Positions 50,450 to 60,155 of a stretch of 64,000 nt of DNA are shown one piece after another; position 1 is the stretch's first letter, and every line of letters starts with the position of its first letter. The stretch comes from Planctomycetota bacterium (GTDB lineage Bacteria; Planctomycetota; UBA8108; UBA1146; JAJFFE01): positions 19,848-83,847 of the forward strand of contig JBJXGE010000032.1 of NCBI GenBank assembly GCA_046154185.1, read 5' to 3'. Under the pieces are notes generated by a model. The model saw only the letters and a program-made list of their open reading frames with translations. It was not told where the DNA came from and did not search any database. The translations under genes were made by a program, and so were the position numbers.

Positions 50450-51196
50450 ATGTACCGCACGCTGCAAGCGGAAAAAATCATCGACACCACGCGCAAGCTT
50501 CGCAGCCGCGTGCAAGAGCGTTTTCCCGATTCGAGCCTCTTGAAAGTCACCCAAGAGCTCGTCGCGATCGCGGAGGAGGCGAGCGCGCGCTGTCGCAGCT
50601 TTCGTACACCGAATTTGGGACTGCGCGTCATGGTGACGGCGTTCTTACTCTCCGGTGTAACGGCGATCATCCTGCTGTTCACGCAAGTCCACATCTCCGA
50701 AAGCATGTGGAACATCGAAAATTTCCTCGAAGAGTTCAACGCGGCGCTCGGCATCGTGGTCTTTATCGGTATGGCCGTCGCATTCCTCATGACGCTCGAA
50801 ATACGCATCAAACGCCGTCGCGTGCTGAACGCCATCAACGAGCTGCGCGCGCTCGCGCACATCGTCGATATGCATCAGTTGACCAAGGATCCCGAATTCA
50901 TTTTGCGCACCGGTCCGAGCACGCCGAGTTCGCCGATTCGCAATATGAGTTCGTTCGAACTCAGCCGCTATTTCGACTATTGCAGCGAACTCTTGGCGCT
51001 CACGGCGAAGATTGCCGCGCTTTACGTGCAGGACTTCCCCGATCCCGTGGTCCTCAACGCGGTCGACGACGTCGAAGAAGTGACGAGCAATCTCTCCCAC
51101 AAGATTTGGCAAAAGATCACATTGCTCGATCGATTCGCTGAGCGGGAAGAAGAACTGAATCGGCTCCGCGGAGCAACGACCGGGGGCAATTCGTGA
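50450..51196 (+). CDS. Hypothetical membrane protein (2 TM)
   Basis: Two TM helices, then LAHIVDMHQLTKDP...RYFDYCSELL...KIWQKI; co-oriented 14 nt after the protease. Confidence 0.8.
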   Translation: MYRTLQAEKIIDTTRKLRSRVQERFPDSSLLKVTQELVAIAEEASARCRSFRTPNLGLRVMVTAFLLSGVTAIILLFTQVHISESMWNIENFLEEFNAALGIVVFIGMAVAFLMTLEIRIKRRRVLNAINELRALAHIVDMHQLTKDPEFILRTGPSTPSSPIRNMSSFELSRYFDYCSELLALTAKIAALYVQDFPDPVVLNAVDDVEEVTSNLSHKIWQKITLLDRFAEREEELNRLRGATTGGNS

Positions 51197-51199
51197 ACG

Positions 51200-51844
51200 T
51201 CACTTGCGAACGCGTTTGCGACTTCGTTCCGCCCAACGCTTGCCGATAAAAGGCACGGCGCGCTTCATGCGCGTGTAATCGAGCCAAAGTGTATTGGCGA
51301 TCATCCAGCCGCTTGCGACCGAGTATGCGGTCACCATGAGCAGCGCGAGTCCGGCCATTTCTTGTGGGTGCATGCCCTTTGGCGCCTCGTTGGTCGTCAG
51401 CACTGGACCGGCAGCCGCTTGCTCGCGTGGACGGTTGTAGTAGTTGCTGAGCACGGCATAGCCAGCGATGAAACACACGAACGCGAGTACGGCATGAATG
51501 CAGAAATTGCGCTTCAGCTTGTGCTCATTCGCCAACGCAGCGAGTTCTTCGGCTTTCAGCTCGGCCGCGGTCGGCGGCCGTCGCGCGGCCGAGCCAGTCT
51601 CGTAGACGAGCATTTGGCACTCCGCGCATTCCGTGATGTGGAGCACGATTTGTCCGACTCGCTTCGGAGACAATGGAGTCTCCGGCTCGAGCAAGGGCGG
51701 CGCGCCTCGATCGCGCGCCATGCGCGCTAACAGGCGCGTGAGCTCGGTGGGCAGCTCCAAGTCCGCGATCGTCTCGTCACCTCTTGCGTGGCGTCGCAGC
51801 GCATACATCAGCGGGTAGAGTTGCTCAGCTTTGAGATGTGACAT
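51200..51844 (-). CDS. Hypothetical membrane protein with HxxxCxxC zinc-finger motif
   Basis: HITECAEC followed by two hydrophobic helices. Confidence 0.7.
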   Translation of the reverse strand: MSHLKAEQLYPLMYALRRHARGDETIADLELPTELTRLLARMARDRGAPPLLEPETPLSPKRVGQIVLHITECAECQMLVYETGSAARRPPTAAELKAEELAALANEHKLKRNFCIHAVLAFVCFIAGYAVLSNYYNRPREQAAAGPVLTTNEAPKGMHPQEMAGLALLMVTAYSVASGWMIANTLWLDYTRMKRAVPFIGKRWAERSRKRVRK

Positions 51845-51879
51845 GGCTCACGTTCGTGTGCGGCGCGTGCGACGCTCCA

Positions 51880-52950
51880 TCATTCCTCGTGGTAATAGCC
51901 GCCGCAGCGGGTGCCAAGAAACTGGCTCAATAGTATGTCTTCCTGCTTGATGAAGCCTTGTCCGGGGAGAGCACCATTTGCGACCAGCTCGACGATCGCG
52001 CACACCGAAGCCGCCGTCGTCCAAGAGATCGCGCGCCACATCTTGCCGGCGATTCGCTTCGGAAAGTACGCGCGCACGAACTCTTCGCGAAACATGTCGC
52101 CCTGCTTGCGACCCTCGACCGCGGCGTGCACGAAGACCACATCGTCATTCACCGGCGGCTTCGCGTTCACGAGGATCTCGCCGGCCGCCTTGCGATTGTC
52201 TTTCATGTGCAGCTCGCGAAAGAAAAAGCGCATCAACTCGCAGTGACCGTGATAGCGCATCGTCTTGTAATTCAGCTCATCGACACGTCCGAGAAAAGTG
52301 TCGCACATGGTGCCGAGTCCGCCCGAAGTCGTGAACGCCTCGAGGCTGATACCCTGTACGACGATCGTCTCGAGCTGCTCCATCGGCGGGACGAGCATCT
52401 TGCGCCGATCCTGAATCACTTCGCAGTCGTTGAGATACTCATTGACGACTCCCTCTGGCGACCAATTGAACGCATACCCGAGGAGTCCACTCGGGTGTTG
52501 CGGAAGCGCGCCGACGCGCAACTCCACGCTGCGCACGTGCTCGAAACCGTGCGTGAGCGAGGCCCCGACAATCCCGATGAAACCCGGCGCCAAGCCACAC
52601 TGCGGCGCCATCACACGCTGCGCTTGCGCACTCATATCGATGATTGCCTTGGTCGTCGGCACGTCCTCGGTGAGATCGAAATAGTGGACGCCGGCCTGAA
52701 ATGCCGCCTTCGCGACGCCGAGGTTCAAGTGGTACGGCAGACACGAGACCACCGCGTCCCGACCTTTGAGCACTTCGCGAAGCTTCGCGGGATCGGCGAC
52801 ATCGGTTGCGAAAACCGGAAACCCGAGGTCGTCGCGCGCCGTGCTATCGTGGCCAATGACCTTGAAACCGCCTTCGTGCAAAAGGGTTGCAACCAAGGTC
52901 CCGACTTTACCGATGCCGATGACCGCGGCGGTCTTGATACGGCGTTCCAT
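51880..52950 (-). CDS. Saccharopine dehydrogenase family, lysine 6-dehydrogenase-like (start trimmed to ATG 52950)
   Basis: GIGKVG, SCLPY, YFDLTEDV, PQCGLAPG, RVGALP, WSPEGVVNEY, EAFTTSGGLGT, YKTMRYHGH; SD AGGAG. Confidence 0.9.
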   Translation of the reverse strand: MERRIKTAAVIGIGKVGTLVATLLHEGGFKVIGHDSTARDDLGFPVFATDVADPAKLREVLKGRDAVVSCLPYHLNLGVAKAAFQAGVHYFDLTEDVPTTKAIIDMSAQAQRVMAPQCGLAPGFIGIVGASLTHGFEHVRSVELRVGALPQHPSGLLGYAFNWSPEGVVNEYLNDCEVIQDRRKMLVPPMEQLETIVVQGISLEAFTTSGGLGTMCDTFLGRVDELNYKTMRYHGHCELMRFFFRELHMKDNRKAAGEILVNAKPPVNDDVVFVHAAVEGRKQGDMFREEFVRAYFPKRIAGKMWRAISWTTAASVCAIVELVANGALPGQGFIKQEDILLSQFLGTRCGGYYHEE

Positions 52951-53333
52951 GTGACTCCTGTGTCTCTCGAATGGACTTCCCGAAAGCCGAGCTCGGCGCG
53001 GATTAAGTTGCGGAGAATTACGGCGCGGCGACCGCGGCAACTCAATATCGGCGAATCCGACATTTTGCAAGCGGACAATGACGACGTGCCGCGGCGATTC
53101 GGCGCCGGCAGCCGAGTCGTGGAGGGAAGTCGAATTCGCTGCCCCCTCTCCCCTTGACAGGTCCGGGCAGCTCTGTTGGCCTATGAAAGGTCGTCCGCGC
53201 GCTCGAGTTCTCGAGCGATTTTGGATAACAACCGATACGACCAGATCGAACTGCCGACGCGGTTCTGCCGACGTGCGCCTCACCGCGGCGTGACGGCAGA
53301 CCCGCCGCGCCCATCGCGTGAGGACTACGTTTC

Positions 53334-55376
53334 ATGCACGACATCCAGCCGGCTCGGCTCAAACCTGACATTACCATCGAACAGTTGCCGCTCGCGCCCG
53401 GAGCGAAGCACGCCGGCGCCGCGAGTCGGGACACGCGCGTGATTCATGGACAAGCGCTCATTTTTTGGGATCCGCAACGACCGGGCAAGAAACTCGACGC
53501 CATCGACACGGATCAAATCACACCGGCGAAGTACTGCGTGTCGGAGAGTCTCGAAACGCTGGACGAATTGTGGAAGGTTGGCTCCTTCATCTATCTCATG
53601 CCGGACTTCCGCGCGCGCGTGCATCGCGGACAGACCTTTATTGTGGCCGGTGATCGATTTGCGATTGGATCGTCGCGCGAAATGAGTCCGGCTGGCCTCA
53701 AAGCCATTGCGGATGAAGTCGCGCTCGAGATCGTTGTCGTGTGCGGCAACACCATGGGCGACATCTTTCGCCGCAATGCGCTCAATCTGGGCCTGCATGT
53801 CGTGCAATGTCCGACGGCCGTCGACGACGCGCGCGACGGCGACCAATTCTCGTTCGAGGTCGCGACGCGAAAACTTCACAACAAGACGCAAGGCAAGAGT
53901 TATACGCCGGTGGCGCTGACGACCAAGGAAGATGAGATTCGCCAACAAGGCGGCATCTATGATCTCGGGCGTCGCGAGCTACGCGACGCAATCGTGAACG
54001 CGCCCCGCGTCGAATGGGCCGACCCGCGCACCGCGCGCGGCCTCACCACGACGGAGCAAATCGTGTGGGCGCACCGAGTCGACAAGAATGCGGAGGTGAG
54101 ACCCGGCGCAACGCTGCGCGTGTACGCAGACTTGTTGCCCGCGTCGGATGGCACGGCGCCGTTTGCCATCCACACGTTTAACGCCATCACGGGCGGCAAC
54201 ACGTTGTTTCCGCGCCAAGCCGCGATTGCCAACGACCACTTTGTCTTCACTGGCAAAGAGCCAGACGACCGGCAAACGGCGATCGGTCGCGAATTCGCCA
54301 AACGCCATGGCTTGCAGCGCCCGTATTACGCAACGCCCGGCGATGGGATCTTCCATTTTTACTTTCCCGAGCAAGGGCTCATCATGCCGGGTCAATTCAT
54401 CCCGGGGGCCGATTCGCACAGCCGCGCGTATGGCGCCTACGGTGCGGTCGGGTTCGGTGTCGGCTCGACGACGCTCGGCTTCGGCTGGTCGACGGGCTAC
54501 GTGTACTTCACGTTGGCCGCGGCGCGACGCGTTGTGTTTACCGGCAAGCTTCAGCCGTGGGTGAGCGGCAAAGACGTCGTGCTCAAATTGCTGGAACGTT
54601 GGGGGGCGCGCCAGTCGCAAGGCATGTCGGTCGAGTTCGTCGACGGCAATTTGCAATTGCCAATGCCGTATCGCAACACGATCGCCAACATGATGGCCGA
54701 GGGTGAAGCACAGAACGGGATCTTCGCGGCCGACGACATCACCTACGCGTGGTTCCGCGCCAAGGGGATGACGGAACTCCCCTACCCGCGCATCGCACCG
54801 GGCGCGAATGCGCACTACGGGATCGAAGAGACGATCGATCTCAACACGATCGTGCCGATGATCGCGAAACCGTTTAGTCCAGGCAACGCGCACGCTGCGA
54901 GCGAGGTCGCCAAAGAGCGCATCACTTTCGACAAGGCGTTCATCGGCTCGTGCACGAACGGCAGCTACGAGGATCTCCTAACGGCCGCGCTCGTGTTGCG
55001 TGCCGCGCGTGCCGGCGGCCACACCGAAACGCGCCGCGAGTTTGTCATCTTTCCGGGCTCGGGTGGCGTGAAGCAGCGCATTGAAGCACCGGAAGCGCGA
55101 CTCGGCGGCGAATCCGTCGCGGCGGTGCTGCGCGGCGTCGGCGGGAAGATTCGACAGTCTTGGTGTGGACCGTGCTTCGGCCAAGGCCCCGATGCGCTGG
55201 CGGCCGGCGAACGCGCGATCACGACTTTCAATCGCAACTGGCAGAATCGCATGGGCGTCGGTGGGGAAGGATATCTCGCGAGCCCGGCCGTGGTCGCGGC
55301 TTCGGCGCTGCTCGGCTATATGGCGCCGCCGACCGCGCTCGACCTCGAATGGGACGCCGAGCATTACGCCGTTTAG
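53334..55376 (+). CDS. Aconitase-family [4Fe-4S] hydro-lyase with the swivel (LeuD-like) domain fused N-terminal to the LeuC-like domain
   Basis: IDTDQITP and GSSRE in the N-terminal 200 aa; DHF, GIFH, GADSH, IGSCTN, CGPCFG, NRNW, LASP downstream. Confidence 0.9.
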   Translation: MHDIQPARLKPDITIEQLPLAPGAKHAGAASRDTRVIHGQALIFWDPQRPGKKLDAIDTDQITPAKYCVSESLETLDELWKVGSFIYLMPDFRARVHRGQTFIVAGDRFAIGSSREMSPAGLKAIADEVALEIVVVCGNTMGDIFRRNALNLGLHVVQCPTAVDDARDGDQFSFEVATRKLHNKTQGKSYTPVALTTKEDEIRQQGGIYDLGRRELRDAIVNAPRVEWADPRTARGLTTTEQIVWAHRVDKNAEVRPGATLRVYADLLPASDGTAPFAIHTFNAITGGNTLFPRQAAIANDHFVFTGKEPDDRQTAIGREFAKRHGLQRPYYATPGDGIFHFYFPEQGLIMPGQFIPGADSHSRAYGAYGAVGFGVGSTTLGFGWSTGYVYFTLAAARRVVFTGKLQPWVSGKDVVLKLLERWGARQSQGMSVEFVDGNLQLPMPYRNTIANMMAEGEAQNGIFAADDITYAWFRAKGMTELPYPRIAPGANAHYGIEETIDLNTIVPMIAKPFSPGNAHAASEVAKERITFDKAFIGSCTNGSYEDLLTAALVLRAARAGGHTETRREFVIFPGSGGVKQRIEAPEARLGGESVAAVLRGVGGKIRQSWCGPCFGQGPDALAAGERAITTFNRNWQNRMGVGGEGYLASPAVVAASALLGYMAPPTALDLEWDAEHYAV

Positions 55377-55656
55377 GCTGCTGAGCGTGTATATATAGGA
55401 AAGCACGCGACGTGCCACACGGCCGGCCCGCCGGTCCAGTTCGCCCCAGGATACTCTCCCACCGTCGCTTGCAGCGGGCACTGAACGGTCACCGAGTCGC
55501 CGCCTGAAACTCTGCGCAGGCGCGCCTTTATTCGCCGCGGCGACGGCCAAGGTGCGAGTTTGTACGATTTTGAAAAATCGGGCGGCGGGTCGGGATCCTT
55601 AGAATAGCACCGAGTTCATCGCCAACGGCACGCGCCATCGAAGGGCCTTTCACGTC

Positions 55657-57558
55657 ATGACCGGCGAGTTTCCCGAGTTGCATGTGAATCAACTACTCGA
55701 GCGATCGACGTGGCTGCGTCAACTCGCGCAGACGTTGGTGCGCGACGCAACGCGTGCCGACGATCTCGCGCAAGATGCGTGGGTCACGACGCTCGAGCAT
55801 CCGCCGCGGGAACCGCGCCTGATGTGGAGCTGGTTGAAACGTGTCGCCCGAAATCTCGCAGCCCGCCAACATCGCGATGCGACGCGGCGTCAGCGCCGCG
55901 AGTTCGCGGCCGCGCGTAGCGAAATGGTGATCGATCAGCAATCGCTCCTCGAGCGCGCCGAACTGCAGCGCAGCGTTGCAGAAGCCGTCCTGCTGCTCGA
56001 CGAGCCGTACCGTTCGACCGTCTTGCTTCGGTATTACGAAGAACTCACACCGCCGCAGATCGCCGAGTTGTTGCACATCCCAGTCGCCACCGTGTGGACT
56101 CGACTGCATCGGGCGGCAGAACAACTTCGCGGAACGCTCGACGAGCGCTACGGCGCGCGCGGCGTCTGGTGTCTCCTGCTGTTGCCAGGCGCTTCGTCAC
56201 TCGTGTCGAGCGCGACATTAGAAGGATCCATGGTCGCGAACTCGAGCGCGGCCGCCGTCACGCAAGTCACCGCATCAACCACGCTGAGCCAAGCCGCGCT
56301 CGGAGGAATTACCCTAGGAGGATTGATCGTGTCCAAATCTGCGATCGTGATGTCCGTCGTGGTCGGAGTCGCCATGCTCGGAGTTGGAATCGGCACGAGC
56401 TCCCTGTGGCTCGGCGACAAGTACGAAGGCCCGCGCCAAAAACTCGCGCAGGAACGCGATTCGTTGCAACAGCGCACCGCCACGCTCACCGCGGAACTCG
56501 ACACACTGCGTGCAGAGCACTCGCAATGGCAAACCCAACGCGCTGAGTTGCAAGCGAAGCTCGCCGCGGCCGAGCAACAACTCGAACTCGCGGCACATGC
56601 CGCCGCAACGCCGACGAAGCCAACTGTCGCGGCCACACCCACGGATCCGCAACGAGCTGCGCTCCTCGTCGCGTTCGGTCCCCATGCCGAACTCGGCGAA
56701 CTCGCCGCCGCCGATTGGAAGAAGCTCGCGATTTCCGCGAAGAATCTTCAGTCATCGCTCGACGAGTTGATCGCGCTCGTCGAGAGTGGCGGAGAACCGA
56801 GTCAAGAGCTCGGTATGAGAATAGCGAAGAACAACACCGATCTCGCGCAACTCACGCTCAGCCTCTACGAAAAACTGCCGACCAATGCGCACGGTAACGG
56901 CGAGTTCACGCATCCGCTCCTCATCGGAAATTTGGTCGGCTCCGTCTTGGACGCGCAGGCGCTGCCCCTTTCGAATGAGCAGCGCGAAGAATTGGTGCAC
57001 CTCGGCACAACGTACGAATCTGAATGGCAATCGCAGTCTGAGCGGTATGGAGATGACACATATCAACTGCGAAAAATTCTCGATGAGCTGGAAATGAAGC
57101 AAAGATTCATGGCCGGATTTGAGGACACGCTCGACGCTGGTCAGCGAAGCGCGGTGTTCACGGAGAGTGTGCGAGATGTCTTTGGTCTCGACATTTACTC
57201 GCCGACTTTGATGTTGGCAGGCACTTCAGAACACATCCCTGTGACGAGCCCGGAAGCCTTCGAGAGCGAGCTACAGCAAGCCGCAAAGAAACGCTTCGAC
57301 CTCAGCGACGAGGAAATGGTGATCGCCAACGCGGCGTTTCGCGCGTGGAGCGATGAGTTGCGCGATGGGCTAGAGTCCGTCGATCCCGAAGAAGCGCCAT
57401 ACTTCAAACTCCAGGACGCGACCCGCTCCGGACGCGCGCAACAACGGGCGGTAGAAGCGTTGCTGCGCACGCCGGGTCTATCACAGGCCGCTCGCGAGCG
57501 AATTCTGAAAAGCGGACTTCTGCTGGTTCCGCGACTCATCAAAAAGAAGGCCGGCTAG
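55657..57558 (+). CDS. ECF sigma factor with TM helix and long extracytoplasmic C-terminal extension
   Basis: Sigma2: ADDLAQDAW...WLKRVARN. Sigma4: LDEPYRSTVLLRYYEELTPPQIAELLHIPVATVWTRLHRA. TM helix at about aa 229-250, then coiled coil. Confidence 0.9.
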   Translation: MTGEFPELHVNQLLERSTWLRQLAQTLVRDATRADDLAQDAWVTTLEHPPREPRLMWSWLKRVARNLAARQHRDATRRQRREFAAARSEMVIDQQSLLERAELQRSVAEAVLLLDEPYRSTVLLRYYEELTPPQIAELLHIPVATVWTRLHRAAEQLRGTLDERYGARGVWCLLLLPGASSLVSSATLEGSMVANSSAAAVTQVTASTTLSQAALGGITLGGLIVSKSAIVMSVVVGVAMLGVGIGTSSLWLGDKYEGPRQKLAQERDSLQQRTATLTAELDTLRAEHSQWQTQRAELQAKLAAAEQQLELAAHAAATPTKPTVAATPTDPQRAALLVAFGPHAELGELAAADWKKLAISAKNLQSSLDELIALVESGGEPSQELGMRIAKNNTDLAQLTLSLYEKLPTNAHGNGEFTHPLLIGNLVGSVLDAQALPLSNEQREELVHLGTTYESEWQSQSERYGDDTYQLRKILDELEMKQRFMAGFEDTLDAGQRSAVFTESVRDVFGLDIYSPTLMLAGTSEHIPVTSPEAFESELQQAAKKRFDLSDEEMVIANAAFRAWSDELRDGLESVDPEEAPYFKLQDATRSGRAQQRAVEALLRTPGLSQAARERILKSGLLLVPRLIKKKAG

Positions 57559-57589
57559 TCATCAGTCGCTACCGGCACCGCGGCGCCGG

Positions 57590-58825
57590 TCACGGCGCCA
57601 TGCGTGTCGCTCGATCGAGCCGCGGGTGATTCGTACGCAGATCGGCGGCCTTACAGCCAGCGCCGCCGTTCATGCGATCCAAATGCTGGAGCAACGCGAC
57701 GATCGCATGCGTCGCCGCCAACAAGTCTCCGGTGTGGCCGCACTCGGAAATCGTGTGCATGTTGCGAATCGGAAAACCGATCGAAGTCGCCGCAGAATCG
57801 ATGCTCGCGAAAACGGCGGCCATGGCGTCAGTGCCGGTATCACGGCCGACGACTTTGTGTTGGAACGGAATTCCGCGTTCACGCGCGACCTCTTGCACGA
57901 GGCTATTGAGATGTGCGTGCGTGATCGCGCCGACGGCGAGTGTGAAACCCGCGCCCATGGCAACCGGTGTGTAGCGTTTGTCTTTGACGCCCGGCGCCGC
58001 TTCAAAGTCATGCGAGACGTCGACGCCGATCACGATGTCCGGCCGATACTCCTGCGCGATGACGCGACTTCCCATGCGGCCGATCTCCTCGTGCGTGGCG
58101 ATGGCGCCGAGATAACGCACGTTCTTGAGGCCCCCCTGCTCCGCCAGAATTCGCGCGACTTCCGCGACGACAAAACACCCCAGTCCGTTGTCGAGGTACG
58201 CGCCGTAGAACGTGTCGGCGCTAAAGCCGCGGCGAATCTTGCGATTCAAAATCAGCGGATCGCCCGCCTTGATGCCAAGCCGTTCGATTTGTTGTTTACG
58301 ATCGCTGCCATGCACCTGCAATTCGAGAAAGAGCATCTCGCTGGTGATGCCTTTTTTCCCAGCTCGCAATTCCGCATCGGCAAAGTGAATCGCACCGATG
58401 GCCTCGATCGTGCCACCCTCGATCACGCGGTAACGCCCGGACTGCGTGGGGTCCTCGCTGAAAAGCAGAACTTCGTGACCCACCAGCGTGCTTGGCAAAA
58501 AGGAGTCGCTGTCGACCCAAATCTTGCCGTCGTCGCCGATACTACGCACTTGCATACGAATCTTGTCGGCGTGACCGATCACCATCACTGAAAGCGCGGT
58601 CGCTGCGGTCGGCGCCGTATCGATGACCAGACCGGCGTTACCGCGAAACTGTTGCAGCGACCAGCCCGCGAGCTTGTGCTCTTCGAAATAGGGGCGCAAG
58701 ACTCCCTCGGTCATGGCGGCTTCAAATCCGATGGGACTCGGCGCGCCGAGCAATCGCTGCAAAAACTGAAACTGCGGCTCGGCGAGGCTGATCTGCCACG
58801 GCTGATCTTTCGAACTGCTCTTCAC
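57590..58825 (-). CDS. M42-family (M20/M25/M40 clan) aminopeptidase (start trimmed to GTG 58825)
   Basis: APSPIGFE, GHADKI, LDNGLG, THEEIG, VDVSHD, GTDA, PIRNMHT. Confidence 0.9.
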   Translation of the reverse strand: MKSSSKDQPWQISLAEPQFQFLQRLLGAPSPIGFEAAMTEGVLRPYFEEHKLAGWSLQQFRGNAGLVIDTAPTAATALSVMVIGHADKIRMQVRSIGDDGKIWVDSDSFLPSTLVGHEVLLFSEDPTQSGRYRVIEGGTIEAIGAIHFADAELRAGKKGITSEMLFLELQVHGSDRKQQIERLGIKAGDPLILNRKIRRGFSADTFYGAYLDNGLGCFVVAEVARILAEQGGLKNVRYLGAIATHEEIGRMGSRVIAQEYRPDIVIGVDVSHDFEAAPGVKDKRYTPVAMGAGFTLAVGAITHAHLNSLVQEVARERGIPFQHKVVGRDTGTDAMAAVFASIDSAATSIGFPIRNMHTISECGHTGDLLAATHAIVALLQHLDRMNGGAGCKAADLRTNHPRLDRATRMAP

Positions 58826-58894
58826 TTTATTTCCGTTTTCTCTAGAGAGAATCGCTGCCTGACTCAGTCGCCGTTTGCGTCCTGCCACGGTGGT

Positions 58895-60019
58895 TCATTG
58901 CGTGAGATCAACGCCGCCGAGCAGCATCCGACCTTTATCTCCGCTTGCGACGTGAATGCCGTTGCAGCTTGACCCGTACAAGTTCGTTTGCATGATCGTG
59001 GTTCCATTCACCGCGACCGCCAAGTTCGATCCGGCGAGACTGAACACAACTTCGGCCCATTGACCGTGCGCCGCCGGCGGGATCGCCTGCCGAATGCTCT
59101 CGGCGGTTGACTGCCATTTGCCGTCCGCTAACCGAGGCCCGACACCCGAATTGCCCTTCATTAACACGCTCACCGTCGCGCCATCGCCCTCGAGCGGCAA
59201 CATCCAAACTTTGAGAATGAAGTCCTGCATCGTGATGCCCGGCAGACGCAAGATGCCGCCCGGCTCCAACAGAAATTTTTCGCGGAATCGACGCACGCGG
59301 TCGGCGGCTTTCTCGTCGCCCATGCCACGCTCCCAGCTCGCGTCGCGCAGAAGGTCGTGTCCCGCGCTGGGAAAAGTCTGCGTTTTGAGCGTAAACTGCG
59401 CCAGCAAGTCTTTCCAGTCGCTGTTCAGCCGCTCGAGTTCCGCCGCGGACAGTCCCATTTGCGCGCCGAGTACGGCGCGCAATTCAGTCGACCGATCGAC
59501 GCCCTTAGCCGGCTTCTTCAACGAGCTGTGTAGTTCGCCGACTGCTTTGGCGCTCAGCGGGTATTCTTGTAGCGCTGTGCACAACGCCGCATAACTGGGA
59601 GTAGCCGGAGTGGCGCGCGACCAGCGGTCGATGACGAATGATTCGGCCTCTTTGTCGCCGCTATTGAGAATCGCGGCGATCACCTTTGCTTCATGCTCCG
59701 AGTCGACAAGCTTCTTGAGTTCTTTCGTCGCTCCGACGATCGGCACGTCGGCCGCGAGCGCCAGTGCACGGGCGCATGTCGCCGGGTTCTTCACGGCGGC
59801 GAGCACCAGGCTCGCCAGCGGTTTGCCGTTGTTCGCGCGCAGGGCGCGCGCAAGTTCAGCACAACGTTCCACGCTGGCGTTACCCGCGACGAATTCATCA
59901 ACGTGAGCCGACAACTCTTTCTTGCCGAGCCGAGGAGGAATAAACGACGGTGGTCCGACGGCTCCGGTTAGGATCGCGGCGCAACCGAGCACAACGAGCC
60001 AGCATCGACAACGCGACAT
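58895..60019 (-). CDS. Secreted hypothetical protein with helical N-terminus and beta-sandwich C-terminus
   Basis: Signal-peptide-like N-terminus; C-terminal GQWAEVVFSLAGSNLAVAVNG resembles ConA-like/DUF1080 strands. Confidence 0.7.
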   Translation of the reverse strand: MSRCRCWLVVLGCAAILTGAVGPPSFIPPRLGKKELSAHVDEFVAGNASVERCAELARALRANNGKPLASLVLAAVKNPATCARALALAADVPIVGATKELKKLVDSEHEAKVIAAILNSGDKEAESFVIDRWSRATPATPSYAALCTALQEYPLSAKAVGELHSSLKKPAKGVDRSTELRAVLGAQMGLSAAELERLNSDWKDLLAQFTLKTQTFPSAGHDLLRDASWERGMGDEKAADRVRRFREKFLLEPGGILRLPGITMQDFILKVWMLPLEGDGATVSVLMKGNSGVGPRLADGKWQSTAESIRQAIPPAAHGQWAEVVFSLAGSNLAVAVNGTTIMQTNLYGSSCNGIHVASGDKGRMLLGGVDLTQ

Positions 60020-60155
60020 GATGTCGCCTTTCTGAACGGTGCCATTTGGGATGCCGCTAGTGGGCAGCCAAGGGAGTGATGCAGTATAACCCCGACGTGA
60101 CGGCGCCGCTTCGGGTCGGCGACAAAGAACTCAACTTCATTCGCGGGAGAGCGCC

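Noticed and set aside
52951-53333. Lysine riboswitch or attenuator leader peptide between the dehydrogenase and the aconitase-family gene
   Set aside because: No recognisable lysine aptamer. The short ORF from 53183 (MKGRPRARV...) has no Leu or Lys run. TTGACA at 53154 lacks a properly spaced -10.
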